Assembly: GCF_001194135.2 (NCBI RefSeq) | Contig: NC_068990.1 | Location: 82,105,514-82,139,513, forward strand | Reading direction: 5' to 3' | DNA from: Octopus bimaculoides | Lineage: Eukaryota | Length of the DNA: 34,000 bases | The notes under the pieces: generated by a model | The model's database searches: none | What the model was told of the DNA's origin: nothing | Seen by the model: the letters and a program-made list of their open reading frames with translations, nothing else | Shown: positions 12,597 through 24,006 of the stretch, in pieces | Position numbering within the stretch: the stretch's first letter is position 1 | Layout of the letters: every line of letters begins with the position of its first letter | Made by a program: the position numbers and the translations under genes

Positions 12597-13320
12597 TAGC
12601 ACGTGGTTTGTGAATACGGATTTGAAATAGAACAAAATTCAGACAAGGAATATATCTCAAATCTTAACTTACGCATTAGTCAAGGCAACATTTATATTAA
12701 TGTGATAGTGGCTTTTTCATTTCCATAGTCGTTTGAAGACTGAACTGCAGAAAGACATTCAAGAATATTTACTTGTTTTACTAAGTCAACTGGATAATCA
12801 TAATGTAAGCAAAGTGCTACCAAAATTGAACTGGAAGAAAATAACTTTAAATAAAAACGTCTTTGAATTAACATTCCATTTTTGTAGCACATGTACGTTA
12901 GTAGATGATGGTATAGAATTAGAAGAAAACTAAGTCGACATAGATCTTTTCAGAGTGACACAAATAGACATCGCTGAAAGAACTCCCTTAATGTGCACCA
13001 TGATTTAAGACAGATGGAAGAGAGTTCATGTTGTTGCTTTCCAGTATAAGCGTAAAAAGAGGTTGGACGGTCAACTGTTAGTTTTAAGTGAATTAAATTA
13101 AAAAAAAACCGGAAACGTGTTCTGATAAAATAGCAAAAAATAGCTCACTGGCTACTAATCTCTAATTTGCTAAAGTTTCTGATTGATTGATATTGCACAC
13201 GTGACGAAACTCTGAATCCATTATCTCAAGTGTGGAATCGAAACGCCACATATAGTTATTAAAACTCCGTTAAATATTGGATTGTTTTGAGGTCGTTCTA
13301 CTGTAAATAAGCATTACTTT

Positions 13321-13366
13321 CTGTGTGTGTGTGTGTGTGTGTGTGAGTGTGTGTGTGTGCGTGTGT
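13321..13366. repeat. (GT)n microsatellite
   Basis: Direct reading. Confidence 0.95.
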
Positions 13367-13525
13367 GGCAATTGACTAACTGCTGAGTGAGAGAAAAAGA
13401 GAGAGGAGAGAGTGTGTATGTATTCAGTAACGTAGGTTAGTAATTCAACAATGTGGTATAAAAGTAAAGAAAAGCGGGAAAAGGTGGTGAAAGGAAATAT
13501 AGGTAATGTAGAGAGAAATGGTGAA

Positions 13526-13854
13526 GGAGCATGGCTCAGTGGTTAGAGCATCGGGCTTACAATCATGAGGTAGTGAGTTCGATTCCCGGACCGGACTGTG
13601 TTGTGGTTTTGATCAAGACACTTTATTTCGCGTTGCTCCAATTCCCTCAACTGTAGAAATGAGTTGCGACGTCACAGGTGCGAAGCTGTATCGGCCTCTA
13701 CTTTTCACTTGGGCAACATCAGTGATGTGGAGAGGGGAGGCTGGTATGCATAGGCGACTTCCATAACCAACCTTGCCCAGACTTGTGCTTCGGAGGATAA
13801 CTTTCTAGGTGCAATCCCATGGTCATTCATGACCGAAGGGAGTCTTTACCCTTT
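13526..13854 (+). mobile_element. Near full-length tRNA-derived CORE-SINE (family D)
   Basis: A box tggctcagtgg, B box gagttcgattcc, CORE-like tcaagacactttatttcgcgttgctccaattccctcaactgtagaaatgag, distinct 3' tail ending ctttacccttt. Confidence 0.85.
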
Positions 13855-15084
13855 CGGCAAAAAAGGTGAGAAGAATATAACAATAGAGCAGTTCATCACA
13901 CAAGTATCTACTTGTGTATTGTTGTATACGTACAAGTGATAATGGAGATTCCAACTTCTGTGAGCGTATCTTGTATAGTTGCAACGTATTGGCCACTGTC
14001 TATCAATGATGTGAGGAGTTTATGCCACTAGAGTGGGGAAATGACTGACGTATCACTGAAAAAATAAACATACTCTGTCAAAGTAGCACTAGACTTGCCC
14101 GACGTTTTGTTTAATAAGTTACTTATGTTCAAAAAAGTGTTGTACTGTATATCTTAGATGTTCTCACTAAGAAATTTACTCCGTCAGAGTTTGGCCTGTC
14201 CAGAGCCGATAGGCTAACTATAGTAAAATGCTTCAATGATTGCATTTCAGAGAAGTTAAGGAAGAATCTTAATAAATTGTAGCATTTTTGGTCTTTAACT
14301 AACTACACCAATCAGCTGTTGACTTCCTCTTTGATGTTATGTTCGATTAAGTAACTTGCTTATGCAAACCTTTTAGAAGGTCAAGCAAATAACTCTCTTA
14401 TACTAACGTAGGGGTCCTGCCACACGTCATAGTTTTTAAGAACTCCCTGAACAACATTAAAAGTGAGATGTCCATTCTCTCTTCTACTGTACAAATATTC
14501 GATAAGGCAGCCCACTACAGCAATAGCAACTTACGAAGTAATGAATTCAAGGGATATAATTCTTACTTATCCCCACTCCTAAAAGAAAAAAAAAGAATCG
14601 CCATATCATGTTGACATGTACCCTTTCACACAACGTAAAATCTAATATAGCAAGAGACTTTCAACTCTAACAAAAAAAAGCACCTCCTCTGCTAAGTACA
14701 GAAAACTTTTCAACTTCCTACACCCTCGTGCAAAATTAAAACCACATGTTCATACGGCTATCTAAATACAAGTCCACTAGGAAAGCAAACCATGTAATGT
14801 AGAAGCGATGAGGTGGAGGTCATCAGAATACAACTCACCCCAGAAGTAATACGGAAATGTTACGCCGTCATGAGAGTAAGAAATAATGACGATCAGACTC
14901 GGTTTATGCTACGCCTAGGTTCTAGTTCGTGTTTAATAAGAAAGAGGAAACTTTTTAAAATATCCTTTTACGAGTCGCTGATGAAAGCAGTATATGCGAG
15001 AATACACACACGCACAAACACACGCACACACATGCACATACACAATTTGGAAAGTACCACAACTACCACATGACATAAAAACCA

Positions 15085-15228
15085 CACCTGTTTCGTGCTA
15101 TAGTAGAATCCGTTCTACTCTACGGCTCTGAATGCTAGTCTCTTCCGGTGGCCTAACAGCGATTGCTAAACGGCACCTACACTCAGCTGCAGGGTAGAGC
15201 CTTTAACATCTTTTATACTGATCATATA
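15085..15228 (+). mobile_element. RTE-clade LINE relic (RT C-terminal region)
   Basis: HLFRAIVESVLLYGSEC*SLPVA*QRLLNGTYTQLQGRAFNIFYTDHI resembles the RTE motif FRATVESVLLYGSETW...RLDGTYTRMLR. Confidence 0.75.
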
Positions 15229-15740
15229 AAAACTTAGATAAAACTTAGATATGTTTCGACCAAAGATTGGTCCAGGCCATGTCTAACTTAATAGCACCAC
15301 CTGATAGGATTATCTAAATCCTTTTTACAGTCAAGATTTGTTTATGGTCCATTCAAGTAGTGAGTTCTTATTGAGTGAGTTGTATCCAGGTATGGGTGGC
15401 TTGTCTGGTATTCTTTGAAGAAAACTGTCCAGACTCCGTTTAAAGCTGATAGGATTCTTTTCCTCTTTTATCTGTTTTGGGATAATGTTAAACAGGGCAG
15501 GGCCTGTTGAGGAAAAGAAATTATGCCGCAGTGTACCTATATGTTGTGATCCTGAATTGGGCAGGGGACGTATGGCTCGTGGTCCCAGCCTTGGATGAAC
15601 CTTGAAACTAATGTTCAGGTCGTTTGGGCAATGCTGGCGGTATATTTTGCACATCGTACAAATGATGTACCGCTCGCGGCGGCGCTGGAGAGAGTAGAGC
15701 TTCAAGGCTTTAAGGCGGTCCCAGTAAACAAGTCACAATG
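15229..15740 (-). mobile_element. CR1-clade LINE 3' end (ORF2 C-terminus + 3' UTR), truncated by gap
   Basis: YWDRLKALKLYSLQRRRERY...GPALFNIIPKQIK...FKRSLDSFLQRIPDKP..NSLLEW is open to its stop at 15331. The 3' UTR has a hairpin (15258-15272) and ends in (ATCTAAGTTTT)x2 at 15229-15250. Confidence 0.9.
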
Positions 15741-16621
15741 NNNNNNNNNNNNNNNNNNNNNNNNNNNNNNNNNNNNNNNNNNNNNNNNNNNNNNNNNNNN
15801 NNNNNNNNNNNNNNNNNNNNNNNNNNNNNNNNNNNNNNNNNNNNNNNNNNNNNNNNNNNNNNNNNNNNNNNNNNNNNNNNNNNNNNNNNNNNNNNNNNNN
15901 NNNNNNNNNNNNNNNNNNNNNNNNNNNNNNNNNNNNNNNNNNNNNNNNNNNNNNNNNNNNNNNNNNNNNNNNNNNNNNNNNNNNNNNNNNNNNNNNNNNN
16001 NNNNNNNNNNNNNNNNNNNNNNNNNNNNNNNNNNNNNNNNNNNNNNNNNNNNNNNNNNNNNNNNNNNNNNNNNNNNNNNNNNNNNNNNNNNNNNNNNNNN
16101 NNNNNNNNNNNNNNNNNNNNNNNNNNNNNNNNNNNNNNNNNNNNNNNNNNNNNNNNNNNNNNNNNNNNNNNNNNNNNNNNNNNNNNNNNNNNNNNNNNNN
16201 NNNNNNNNNNNNNNNNNNNNNNNNNNNNNNNNNNNNNNNNNNNNNNNNNNNNNNNNNNNNNNNNNNNNNNNNNNNNNNNNNNNNNNNNNNNNNNNNNNNN
16301 NNNNNNNNNNNNNNNNNNNNNNNNNNNNNNNNNNNNNNNNNNNNNNNNNNNNNNNNNNNNNNNNNNNNNNNNNNNNNNNNNNNNNNNNNNNNNNNNNNNN
16401 NNNNNNNNNNNNNNNNNNNNNNNNNNNNNNNNNNNNNNNNNNNNNNNNNNNNNNNNNNNNNNNNNNNNNNNNNNNNNNNNNNNNNNNNNNNNNNNNNNNN
16501 NNNNNNNNNNNNNNNNNNNNNNNNNNNNNNNNNNNNNNNNNNNNNNNNNNNNNNNNNNNNNNNNNNNNNNNNNNNNNNNNNNNNNNNNNNNNNNNNNNNN
16601 NNNNNNNNNNNNNNNNNNNNN
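15741..16621. other. Assembly gap
   Basis: N run. Confidence 1.
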
Positions 16622-17142
16622 TGTATGTGTGTGTGTGTACATATATATACACACACATACATGTACACATTTATATTGAATTATTTTTTTAGTTGATGTT
16701 TGAAGCATTGCGACAAATATAATTTGAACCAATTTGAAAGCCAAATAAGGCGTTTAATAAAAACATTTTTATTCTTTATTTTTAAGCAATAAAATTGTTT
16801 TTATTGAACGAATTGTTTGGCTTCCAAATCTACTGAAGCACACACACAACACACACACACACATACACACACACATATTTATGTATGTATATATATGTGT
16901 GTATGTTAGCGTGTATGGATGTGCCAAATTTTCGCAAATCAATTCTTGGTAATGAGACTGCGAAGGTCTAGAAACGACGGAAATGGATTTAGAAACACTT
17001 CTGTTCCAAAAAAAAAAACAAAAAACAAAAAAAAATGCTTATAAGAAACAACGAAAAATATAAACTAAAAAAAGATAATATTTGAAAATAGTCGTGTTAG
17101 TCGCGTATTTAATGAAACATTCATAAAAGAAAATCTTTTCCT

Positions 17143-17173
<31 letters not shown>

Positions 17174-17713
17174 ACAAGCACACACACTTTAACATGTATA
17201 CCTGATGTGGTTTGTATTAACGTAACTGTGTACAAACACTGGCATAATAATGATTGACAAACAAGGTTGTTGTTAAGGTGTTTAGACAAGTTCTTGCATG
17301 AACCTACATCGTTAAGTATAACTAATACTTAAATATCTCTATAACATCTTAACTGGTTCTTTTGATAATCAAGGACCGTCATTTACACCTTCGGACTATC
17401 AATTACTATTACCACGCAATGTCAGATAATTCCCCAAACAAATCTACTAGGCCTTACTCACTTCCCTTTCCCAAGTGGGTGCATGAACTCAGATATTTTG
17501 TGTTATGTCTCAATATTTTGTGTTATGATCTCTACTCGACGGCTACTCAACTGTCAGTTCACCGTCAGTCCACTACTACTGCGGTCAGACTACCTCTATT
17601 TATATGTCTTGGTCGAGCCTACGTCTTCGCTTGGGTGCGTCGACACAACATTTTGTTTACGATTTATACATACATACACACGTACGTACGTACATACGTA
17701 TATACATGCATAC

Positions 17714-18200
17714 ATCTTTTAATCAGCAAGTGTCGAAGTCCTTCACTTGACCAAGTTTGCATACATGAGTCTGATAGCATTATAAGACTTGGAAGGCAAC
17801 TCCTTGAGCAACATTCTTTGTTTGATAACCTAGAATACATGCCCAAAGAAGTCTCACGGCACTATCGCAACGTATCATCAGATGAAAGGATGAGCCTATA
17901 TGAGCAGAAAACTCTGCATGGATATGTTAGTAAAAAGCTCCGCGATTATAGTAACATTGATCATAGAAACAGTCTATCATGGACCAATAGCCGGATTACA
18001 ACTTCCCACTTTGAAGGGTATGCGTTTGCAATCCAGGAAAGGAAATATCAACCAAGTACTTGATGCACAAAAGGGATAGTGATGCATGAAAAAGCAGTAA
18101 CACGCGACAACTGATGCAAACTTTGTGGAGTTAACACGGAAGATATCACTCACATCATAAACAGGTGTCCGAAAATGTCATCACGGTATTATCTACCGAG
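17714..18200 (+). mobile_element. Second R4/Dong-like RLE LINE relic
   Basis: LYEQKTLHGYVSKKL...TTSHFEGYAFAIQE/EISTKYLMHKRD, then intact CCHC knuckle CKLCGVNTEDITHIINRC (18115-18168) followed by PKMSSRYYLP; frameshifts and stops present. Confidence 0.85.
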
Positions 18201-18337
18201 TCGATCAAAAGCTTACATAAACTTGAAGGCCAATTCATACTGAAAAGAAACCAGATCAGTAAATATAGGTATAGTGTAAGATATATAAGATATATATATA
18301 TATATATTAGCAACAGAGACAGTACTAAAAGCGAGAA

Positions 18338-18535
18338 GTAATATTTATTCCCACTTAAACGAGGATGTTCTGTTAGAACAAGCTATACTACGGTAGATAC
18401 CATGAGAGAAACCCACATATTGGCTTTTGGTGCAGAATGCACGCTTGCTAGTTTATATCGTCAGCGGGGAGATAAATGCTCACCAACTCCAGCGCCGAGA
18501 CCTCTAAATAACGTTTAAGTGGGAATGAATATTAC
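18338..18535. mobile_element. MITE-like element with 24-bp terminal inverted repeats
   Basis: gtaatatttattcccacttaaacg (18338-18361) vs cgtttaagtgggaatgaatattac (18512-18535): 23/24 complementary. TSD not resolved. Confidence 0.65.
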
Positions 18536-18984
18536 CTCATAGTGTAAGAGACAATCTTAAATACAATCTACAATAAAGAGATTCAATGACTAGAACTGGT
18601 GATCAAATTCTTTCTTAAATGCTTACTTTGGAGCCGGAAGTCTGCTTCAGGTAGGAGAACACGAATCGTTATTAGAACATATTTGAATATAGGAATAATA
18701 AGTTGTACGCGTGAAAGTTTCCTCTTGTTACTGACTAAAGTGCTAATTATAAAAGATGAATTATATGGCAACTCATTAAATACACGAATATGTATGTATG
18801 TATATATGTGTACGTATGTATGTATATACTATACATATATATATATACAGTATATACATACATACGTACGCACATTCACACGCACAGACATATATATGTA
18901 TACATACGTACACACATACACAGACACACGCGCACTCAGACACACACGCATTCGTACCTATGTTGGTATCTCACGTTGGCACAA

Positions 18985-19178
18985 AGCTACAACGATATAC
19001 CTGAGGGGTATAATTGATTGATTTGATTCCAATTTATGACCGGTGCTTAATTTACCGAACCCCATGAGATACAAATGAAAGGCTAACTTGACGGCAGCGA
19101 GATTAGCAGTTGGAAATGTATAACAGAATCAAATATTGCAATCTATTTAGGTCTGCGCTTATCTGATTCTGCCAAATA
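18985..19178 (-). mobile_element. SINE family B, highly degenerate copy
   Basis: ggcacaaagc...gaccggtgcttaatttaccgaacccc...atgaaaggc...gattctgcca is collinear with 28741-28958. Confidence 0.6.
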
Positions 19179-19464
19179 TATCTCTGCAGAGCTATGAAAT
19201 ATTTCAACTACTCTAGCATCACATTTTTATTCTACTCTGAGGGTGCCTCTCCCTCCGTGGTAGTCCAAATTTGCAGGAAATGGCAGTAAAAAAAATCTCC
19301 TCTAAAAACACGCCCCTGACGTCTTTAGAAAGGAAGAACAAATTGGATGAAATATACCATGGGGTGGGGGAAAGAAGTAAAAAAAATGGGAACAAAAAAC
19401 GGGCTGTTAATGGATGGAATGAATTTGGTCACAGATCTGAAGGGTCATGGTCGAACTGATGCTA

Positions 19465-19483
19465 AACAACAACAACAACATCA

Positions 19484-19527
<44 letters not shown>

Positions 19528-19548
19528 AACTGCTGCTGCTGCTGCTGT

Positions 19549-19606
<58 letters not shown>
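19465..19606. repeat. (CAA)(CTA)(CTG)(CTA) compound microsatellite
   Basis: Direct reading. Confidence 0.97.
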
Positions 19607-19734
19607 GTAGTTTTACCGACCTATTGCTATAAGCTTCAAATGAAACAATCATTTTTTTTCCTCAGTATTCTTGGTCAATCAGTACGTTCCCCCAAATATC
19701 ATCCATCAGTGTTGTCGACAATTAAAGTTAAACC

Positions 19735-19864
19735 TCCTCCCCTGCGTCGCCGTCGTCCTCTTCCTCCACGTCCTCCTCCTCCTCGTCCTCCTCCTCCTCC
19801 CCGTCCTCCTCCTCCTCGCCCTCTTCCTCCTCGCCTTCTTCCTCCTCGTCCTCCTCCTCGTCCT
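19735..19864. repeat. Degenerate (CCT)n pyrimidine-rich tract
   Basis: Direct reading. Confidence 0.93.
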
Positions 19865-19867
19865 TAG

Positions 19868-20025
19868 CAGCATGGCGTATGTCTTTACGTTCTGAATTCA
19901 AATTCCACCGAGGTTGATTTTGCCTTTCACGATCGATAAAAGGAGTGCCGGTCGAGCATTAGGTCGATGTAATTGACTAACCCACTTCCACGAACTTGCT
20001 GGCCTTGTGCCAAAATGTGAAGCCG
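19868..20025 (+). mobile_element. SINE family B, 5'-truncated
   Basis: ctttacgttctgaattcaaattccaccgaggttgattttgcctttca...ggccttgtgccaaaat matches 23614-23820. Confidence 0.8.
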
Positions 20026-20044
20026 TTAATTTGATATATGTATT

Positions 20045-20366
20045 GAGGCATGACTCTGTGGTAAGATATTAGCTTCCTAACCGCATGGTTACGCATTCAT
20101 TCCCACTTCTGTGATATGTTGTAAAATGAAAGGGCGAATGAAACCTTTGTAAATGGATCTAGTAGACGGAAAATGAAAAAAGCCCGTCGTGCGCGCGCGT
20201 GTGTGTTTGAGAAAGGGTCTGTTCCCTAACGCTTGGCAACCGCTGCTGATGTGTTTATATCTCCGTAACAAAGCGGTTCAACAAAAGAGACTGATAGAAC
20301 AATTAAATACTGGAGTCGACGTGTTCTACTAAAACCCCTTAAGGTAGTGCTCCAACATGGCCGCTG
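20045..20366 (+). mobile_element. SINE family A, degenerate full-length copy
   Basis: tRNA-like head, tagacggaaa..aagcccgtcg block, internal dinucleotide tract, and 3' block aaggtagtgctccaacatggccgc. Confidence 0.8.
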
Positions 20367-21470
20367 CGTAAAGAAGATAAACGATAAAGATATTTTGCCT
20401 CGCACACCTACTGTCTTAAAGCAATACGATCTTCTATAGAACAGTCTTAGTAAACTTTGTAGAATAAAGTAATGATACAACGGATAGTATCACTGGATAC
20501 TAGTTCGAAACCATTCTTAATTCCTTATTGGCGATTCGACAAGAACACGAGAGAAGTCCTTTGCAAATTGAGGCCACGACTCTGTTTTAGTAGAATGCTT
20601 AAAAGAAAATGAAAGATGTCCGGGGTAGTGACCTTTTCATACCTTCCAGCCTCACGGGATACATGTGGTTGAGGGGTAACGAGAGATTGTTTTCTCATCA
20701 AGCCAAAAACCTAATCAGAATGTTTGCGATGGAATACATTCTCCTAAGGCGCAATGGGAAACAGGTGGTAGTGTTAAACTAGGCAGCTGTTTGGCCTACA
20801 ATCACCAGTTTAACTCATACACACACACATATATATCTCAATGCATGCGCTCGCACAAACAAACACATACACACACACTCACACACGCTCACACGCACAT
20901 ATGTGTGTGCGAGCGCGTGCATTGATATATACATTACTAAATACATGCACGTATATACACATAGAAACGCACATATATTCGCTCAGGTCTCTGATATTCG
21001 TTATTTATTTTGCTAATGTGTTTGCAGTGTCTCCAGTTATTAGGTAAAACCTAGCCTACTTGGAGACCATAGTTAAAAGCTCTTAGAATCCTGTCACAGG
21101 TTAAGAGTTTCAAAGTATTTATAGCGAAAGACATATCCGTAAATATATCTAAAGCTTGTAACGAACATTTTGAGAATTTGCAATTCTTTTTCTATCCTTT
21201 TTCTATTTTTTTTTTAAATCAAGAGGAAAGGCAGTGTCCATAGTAATTTTTAGGACCTGCGAGATAAGTCTCAATGAAGAAGGACATTTTCTATACATGG
21301 TTCAAAAGTTAGCAACCGAATGGATTTTACTTAAGGTGCCAGGTGATGAAGTTAAACCGAGTGATGGTCCAAGCCTACAACGTTAGAGATTTTCTCTTTG
21401 TAACGGAGGGCATAGAATTCTATGGTGTTGAACATGTTACTGCCATTTTCACGATCATAAACGAAATCTG

Positions 21471-21665
21471 GGAGGGGCGTGTAGCTAAGTTGTTCGGGTG
21501 TTGCACTTATGATCGTAAGATTGTGGTTTCGATTCCTGAACCGGGCGATACGTTGTGTTCGTGTGTAAAACACGTCATTTCACGTTGCTCAACAAAAAAG
21601 AGAAATCATGTGACGAACGGCGTCCCGTCCAAAAGTAAATACATACCTATATACGCCACAAAATC
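21471..21665 (+). mobile_element. tRNA-derived CORE-type SINE (family C)
   Basis: tgatcgtaagattgtggtttcgattcctgaaccgg is shared with 10193-10400; 3' block ggcgtcccgtcca. Confidence 0.75.
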
Positions 21666-21717
21666 CGGTCTTATTAGCCTACGGCTCGGAAGGGACTTTT
21701 GATCTTTTTTTTTTTTT

Positions 21718-22165
21718 GTATACAACGCCCAGATCTTATTAGAGTGCATAGATACCTTTCTTTGTCCTGATTTTCAGCATCGCTTTATCACTGCTGCATA
21801 TACACAGTTATTCATATTTTTCTATGTCTGACAACAGTATAAGTAAGAAGTGGGGATCAAGAAGGATACCCTGTGATAACTCACGTAGTGACACAGTCTT
21901 TTCAAATACATTCGCTGGTGGCCACCGCTATATGACTTCGAGCTTTTCAGGAAATCAGTGACCCAAATGTCCAATGCTAACGTTTTCAATCTTGTAACAT
22001 AAGCGTCTATCGTTATCTCTATCGCACTTAGGTTTTCGTAAAATCAAGGTATACACAATAAACCTGGAACCAGATTACAGACTTTTCAGCAGTATTTTGT
22101 TGTGCTATTATAGAAGACGTGTCAGACAGTGCATTTTGGGGCGTAAAACTTTTTGGGTGTTATTA
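21718..22165 (-). mobile_element. CR1-clade LINE reverse transcriptase relic
   Basis: Collinear decayed RT motifs: QKVLRPKMHCLTRLL (QHGFRPGRSCLTQLL-like), VYLDFTKT, SQGILLDPHFLLILLSDI (PQGxVLGPLLF-like), LKIRTKKGIYAL**DLGVVY. Confidence 0.75.
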
Positions 22166-22250
22166 TAAAGTTCCTGTTTGTCTAAATAGTCTATTATCAT
22201 TCTACCTATAATTCTTCCCGTATGGGTTTGTGTGAATAAATAAATGAATG

Positions 22251-22284
<34 letters not shown>

Positions 22285-22536
22285 NNNNNNNNNNNNNNNN
22301 NNNNNNNNNNNNNNNNNNNNNNNNNNNNNNNNNNNNNNNNNNNNNNNNNNNNNNNNNNNNNNNNNNNNNNNNNNNNNNNNNNNNNNNNNNNNNNNNNNNN
22401 NNNNNNNNNNNNNNNNNNNNNNNNNNNNNNNNNNNNNNNNNNNNNNNNNNNNNNNNNNNNNNNNNNNNNNNNNNNNNNNNNNNNNNNNNNNNNNNNNNNN
22501 NNNNNNNNNNNNNNNNNNNNNNNNNNNNNNNNNNNN
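22285..22536. other. Assembly gap within a (CA)n/(TA)n tract
   Basis: N run. Confidence 1.
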
Positions 22537-22962
22537 ATATATATTCTTTTATTCTTTTAATGGCTTCAGTCGTAGGGCTGCGCCCACACACGCGCACACA
22601 TACACTCATACGTTCACACATACACATACACGCACGCACACACACACACACACACACACATACACACACATATACACATGCATCTGTTTATGTTAATGAA
22701 TGCTTATGTCTGCGTATCTATACTTATCGTTAAAAGTAGCAATAAATCAGAAGTCCTGTCTGTCGTTTTCTCTTATATGTGTTAAACATATCATCATAAA
22801 TGTTGTGTGTCAAATGGAAGTCGTTTTATAAAAATTAGAAGACATGAGTGGGAACAGTTGTAATATATCATTAAGAAGAATAAATCTGACATGTTATTTC
22901 TATTTTTTTTTTCTCTTTTCCTAATACTTCCTTTTTGTTCGTTATTCTTTGATTTCTGAAAG

Positions 22963-22976
22963 GGTGGAGTCTTAAG
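22963..22976 (+). other. Candidate 14-nt microexon
   Basis: 82-nt AG-free pyrimidine-rich zone, branch-like CCTAAT (22920-22925), AG at 22961-22962, and consensus donor AAG|GTAAGT. Confidence 0.35.
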
Positions 22977-23383
22977 GTAAGTTCTGTTATTGGATGTTGA
23001 TTTTGTTATTGTGTCAGTAATCATTAGGGTAACTTTCTTTTTTAATACCCGTTTAGTATTTATTGTTGTTGTTTTTTGTGTTACTGATGTTGTTGTTTTT
23101 AGTGTTACTGTTGTTGTTGATGTCGCTTTTATTTTAAGCTCAAGATTAACTTTGAATCAAGCAGCAGGCTTTAGATAAAAAAAAAAAAAAATTTTAAATT
23201 AGCACCGTAACCAGGCTGTAGTGATTTAAGAATCATGTAATCCAACATGTTCTTGTTTGCTTCATAGGACGTGACTCGAGGTAAATAGAGTTGCTATTTC
23301 TAACAGATGGAGTAATCAGAAAGAGTCTCCCTAATTAAGTAGTAAAACTATGAAGAGGAACACTACTCATGATTTTTATAGGC

Positions 23384-23442
23384 TTACCTATAAGAGATCG
23401 ATACGATTGATATTTACCTAATGAGATCGATACGATTGATGT
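23384..23442 (+). repeat. Short tandem duplication (~30/29 bp)
   Basis: ttaccta..gagatcgatacgattgat occurs twice in tandem. Confidence 0.85.
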
Positions 23443-23484
23443 TAAGTTTCGTGAAATTGGGGATAGGTGAGCTATGCTGCAAAC

Positions 23485-23565
23485 CTTGGTGCATCATCAT
23501 TATTATCGTTACTACTACTACTACTACTACTACTACTACAAATACTACTACTACTACTATTATTA

Positions 23566-23613
<48 letters not shown>
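23485..23613. repeat. (CTA)n(ATT)n microsatellite
   Basis: Direct reading. Confidence 0.96.
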
Positions 23614-23615
<2 letters not shown>

Positions 23616-23820
23616 GGCGATTAGGTGGCATAACTGTTAGCACGTCGGGCAAAATGCTCTAAGCAGCATTTCGTCCGTCTTTAAGTTCTGAGTTCAACTT
23701 CCGCTGATGTTGACTTTGCCTTTCATCCTTTCGGAGTCGATAAATTAAGTACCAGTTGAGTAATGGGGTCGATGTAATCGAATTACCCCTCTCTCGAAAT
23801 TGCAGACCTTGTGCCAAAAT
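23614..23820 (+). mobile_element. SINE family B, full-length (tRNA head + MetaSINE-like central block)
   Basis: B-box-like gagttcaacttcc; central ttgactttgcctttcatcctttcggagtcgataaattaagtaccag, which from memory resembles the Meta/Sauria-type SINE domain; 3' end ccttgtgccaaaat runs into (CTA)n. Confidence 0.85.
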
Positions 23821-23848
23821 TACTACTACTACTACTACTACTACTGGC

Positions 23849-24006
23849 NNNNNNNNNNNNNNNNNNNNNNNNNNNNNNNNNNNNNNNNNNNNNNNNNNNN
23901 NNNNNNNNNNNNNNNNNNNNNNNNNNNNNNNNNNNNNNNNNNNNNNNNNNNNNNNNNNNNNNNNNNNNNNNNNNNNNNNNNNNNNNNNNNNNNNNNNNNN
24001 NNNNNN
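23849..24006. other. Assembly gap
   Basis: N run; both flanks read aaaattactactact...ctggc. Confidence 1.

Noticed and set aside
13198-13250. Hammerhead-like GTGACGA...stem...GAAACGCC
   Set aside because: Core mutated and displaced from the stem; no cleavage triplet.
14974-15005. Hammerhead (CTGATGA + short GCA/TGC stem)
   Set aside because: Followed by GAGAA, not GAAA; no NUH triplet or stem I pairing.
15251-15285. Hammerhead (minus-strand hairpin followed by GAAAC)
   Set aside because: No CUGANGA upstream of the stem; better explained as the CR1 3' UTR stem-loop.
17362-18063. 233-aa host protein
   Set aside because: The N-terminal half is non-coding and microsatellite sequence; only the part after ~17714 is coding-derived, and it belongs to an RLE LINE.
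19640-19867. Proline/arginine-rich protein ORF
   Set aside because: Product of the (CCT)n tract; no splice signals or domain context.
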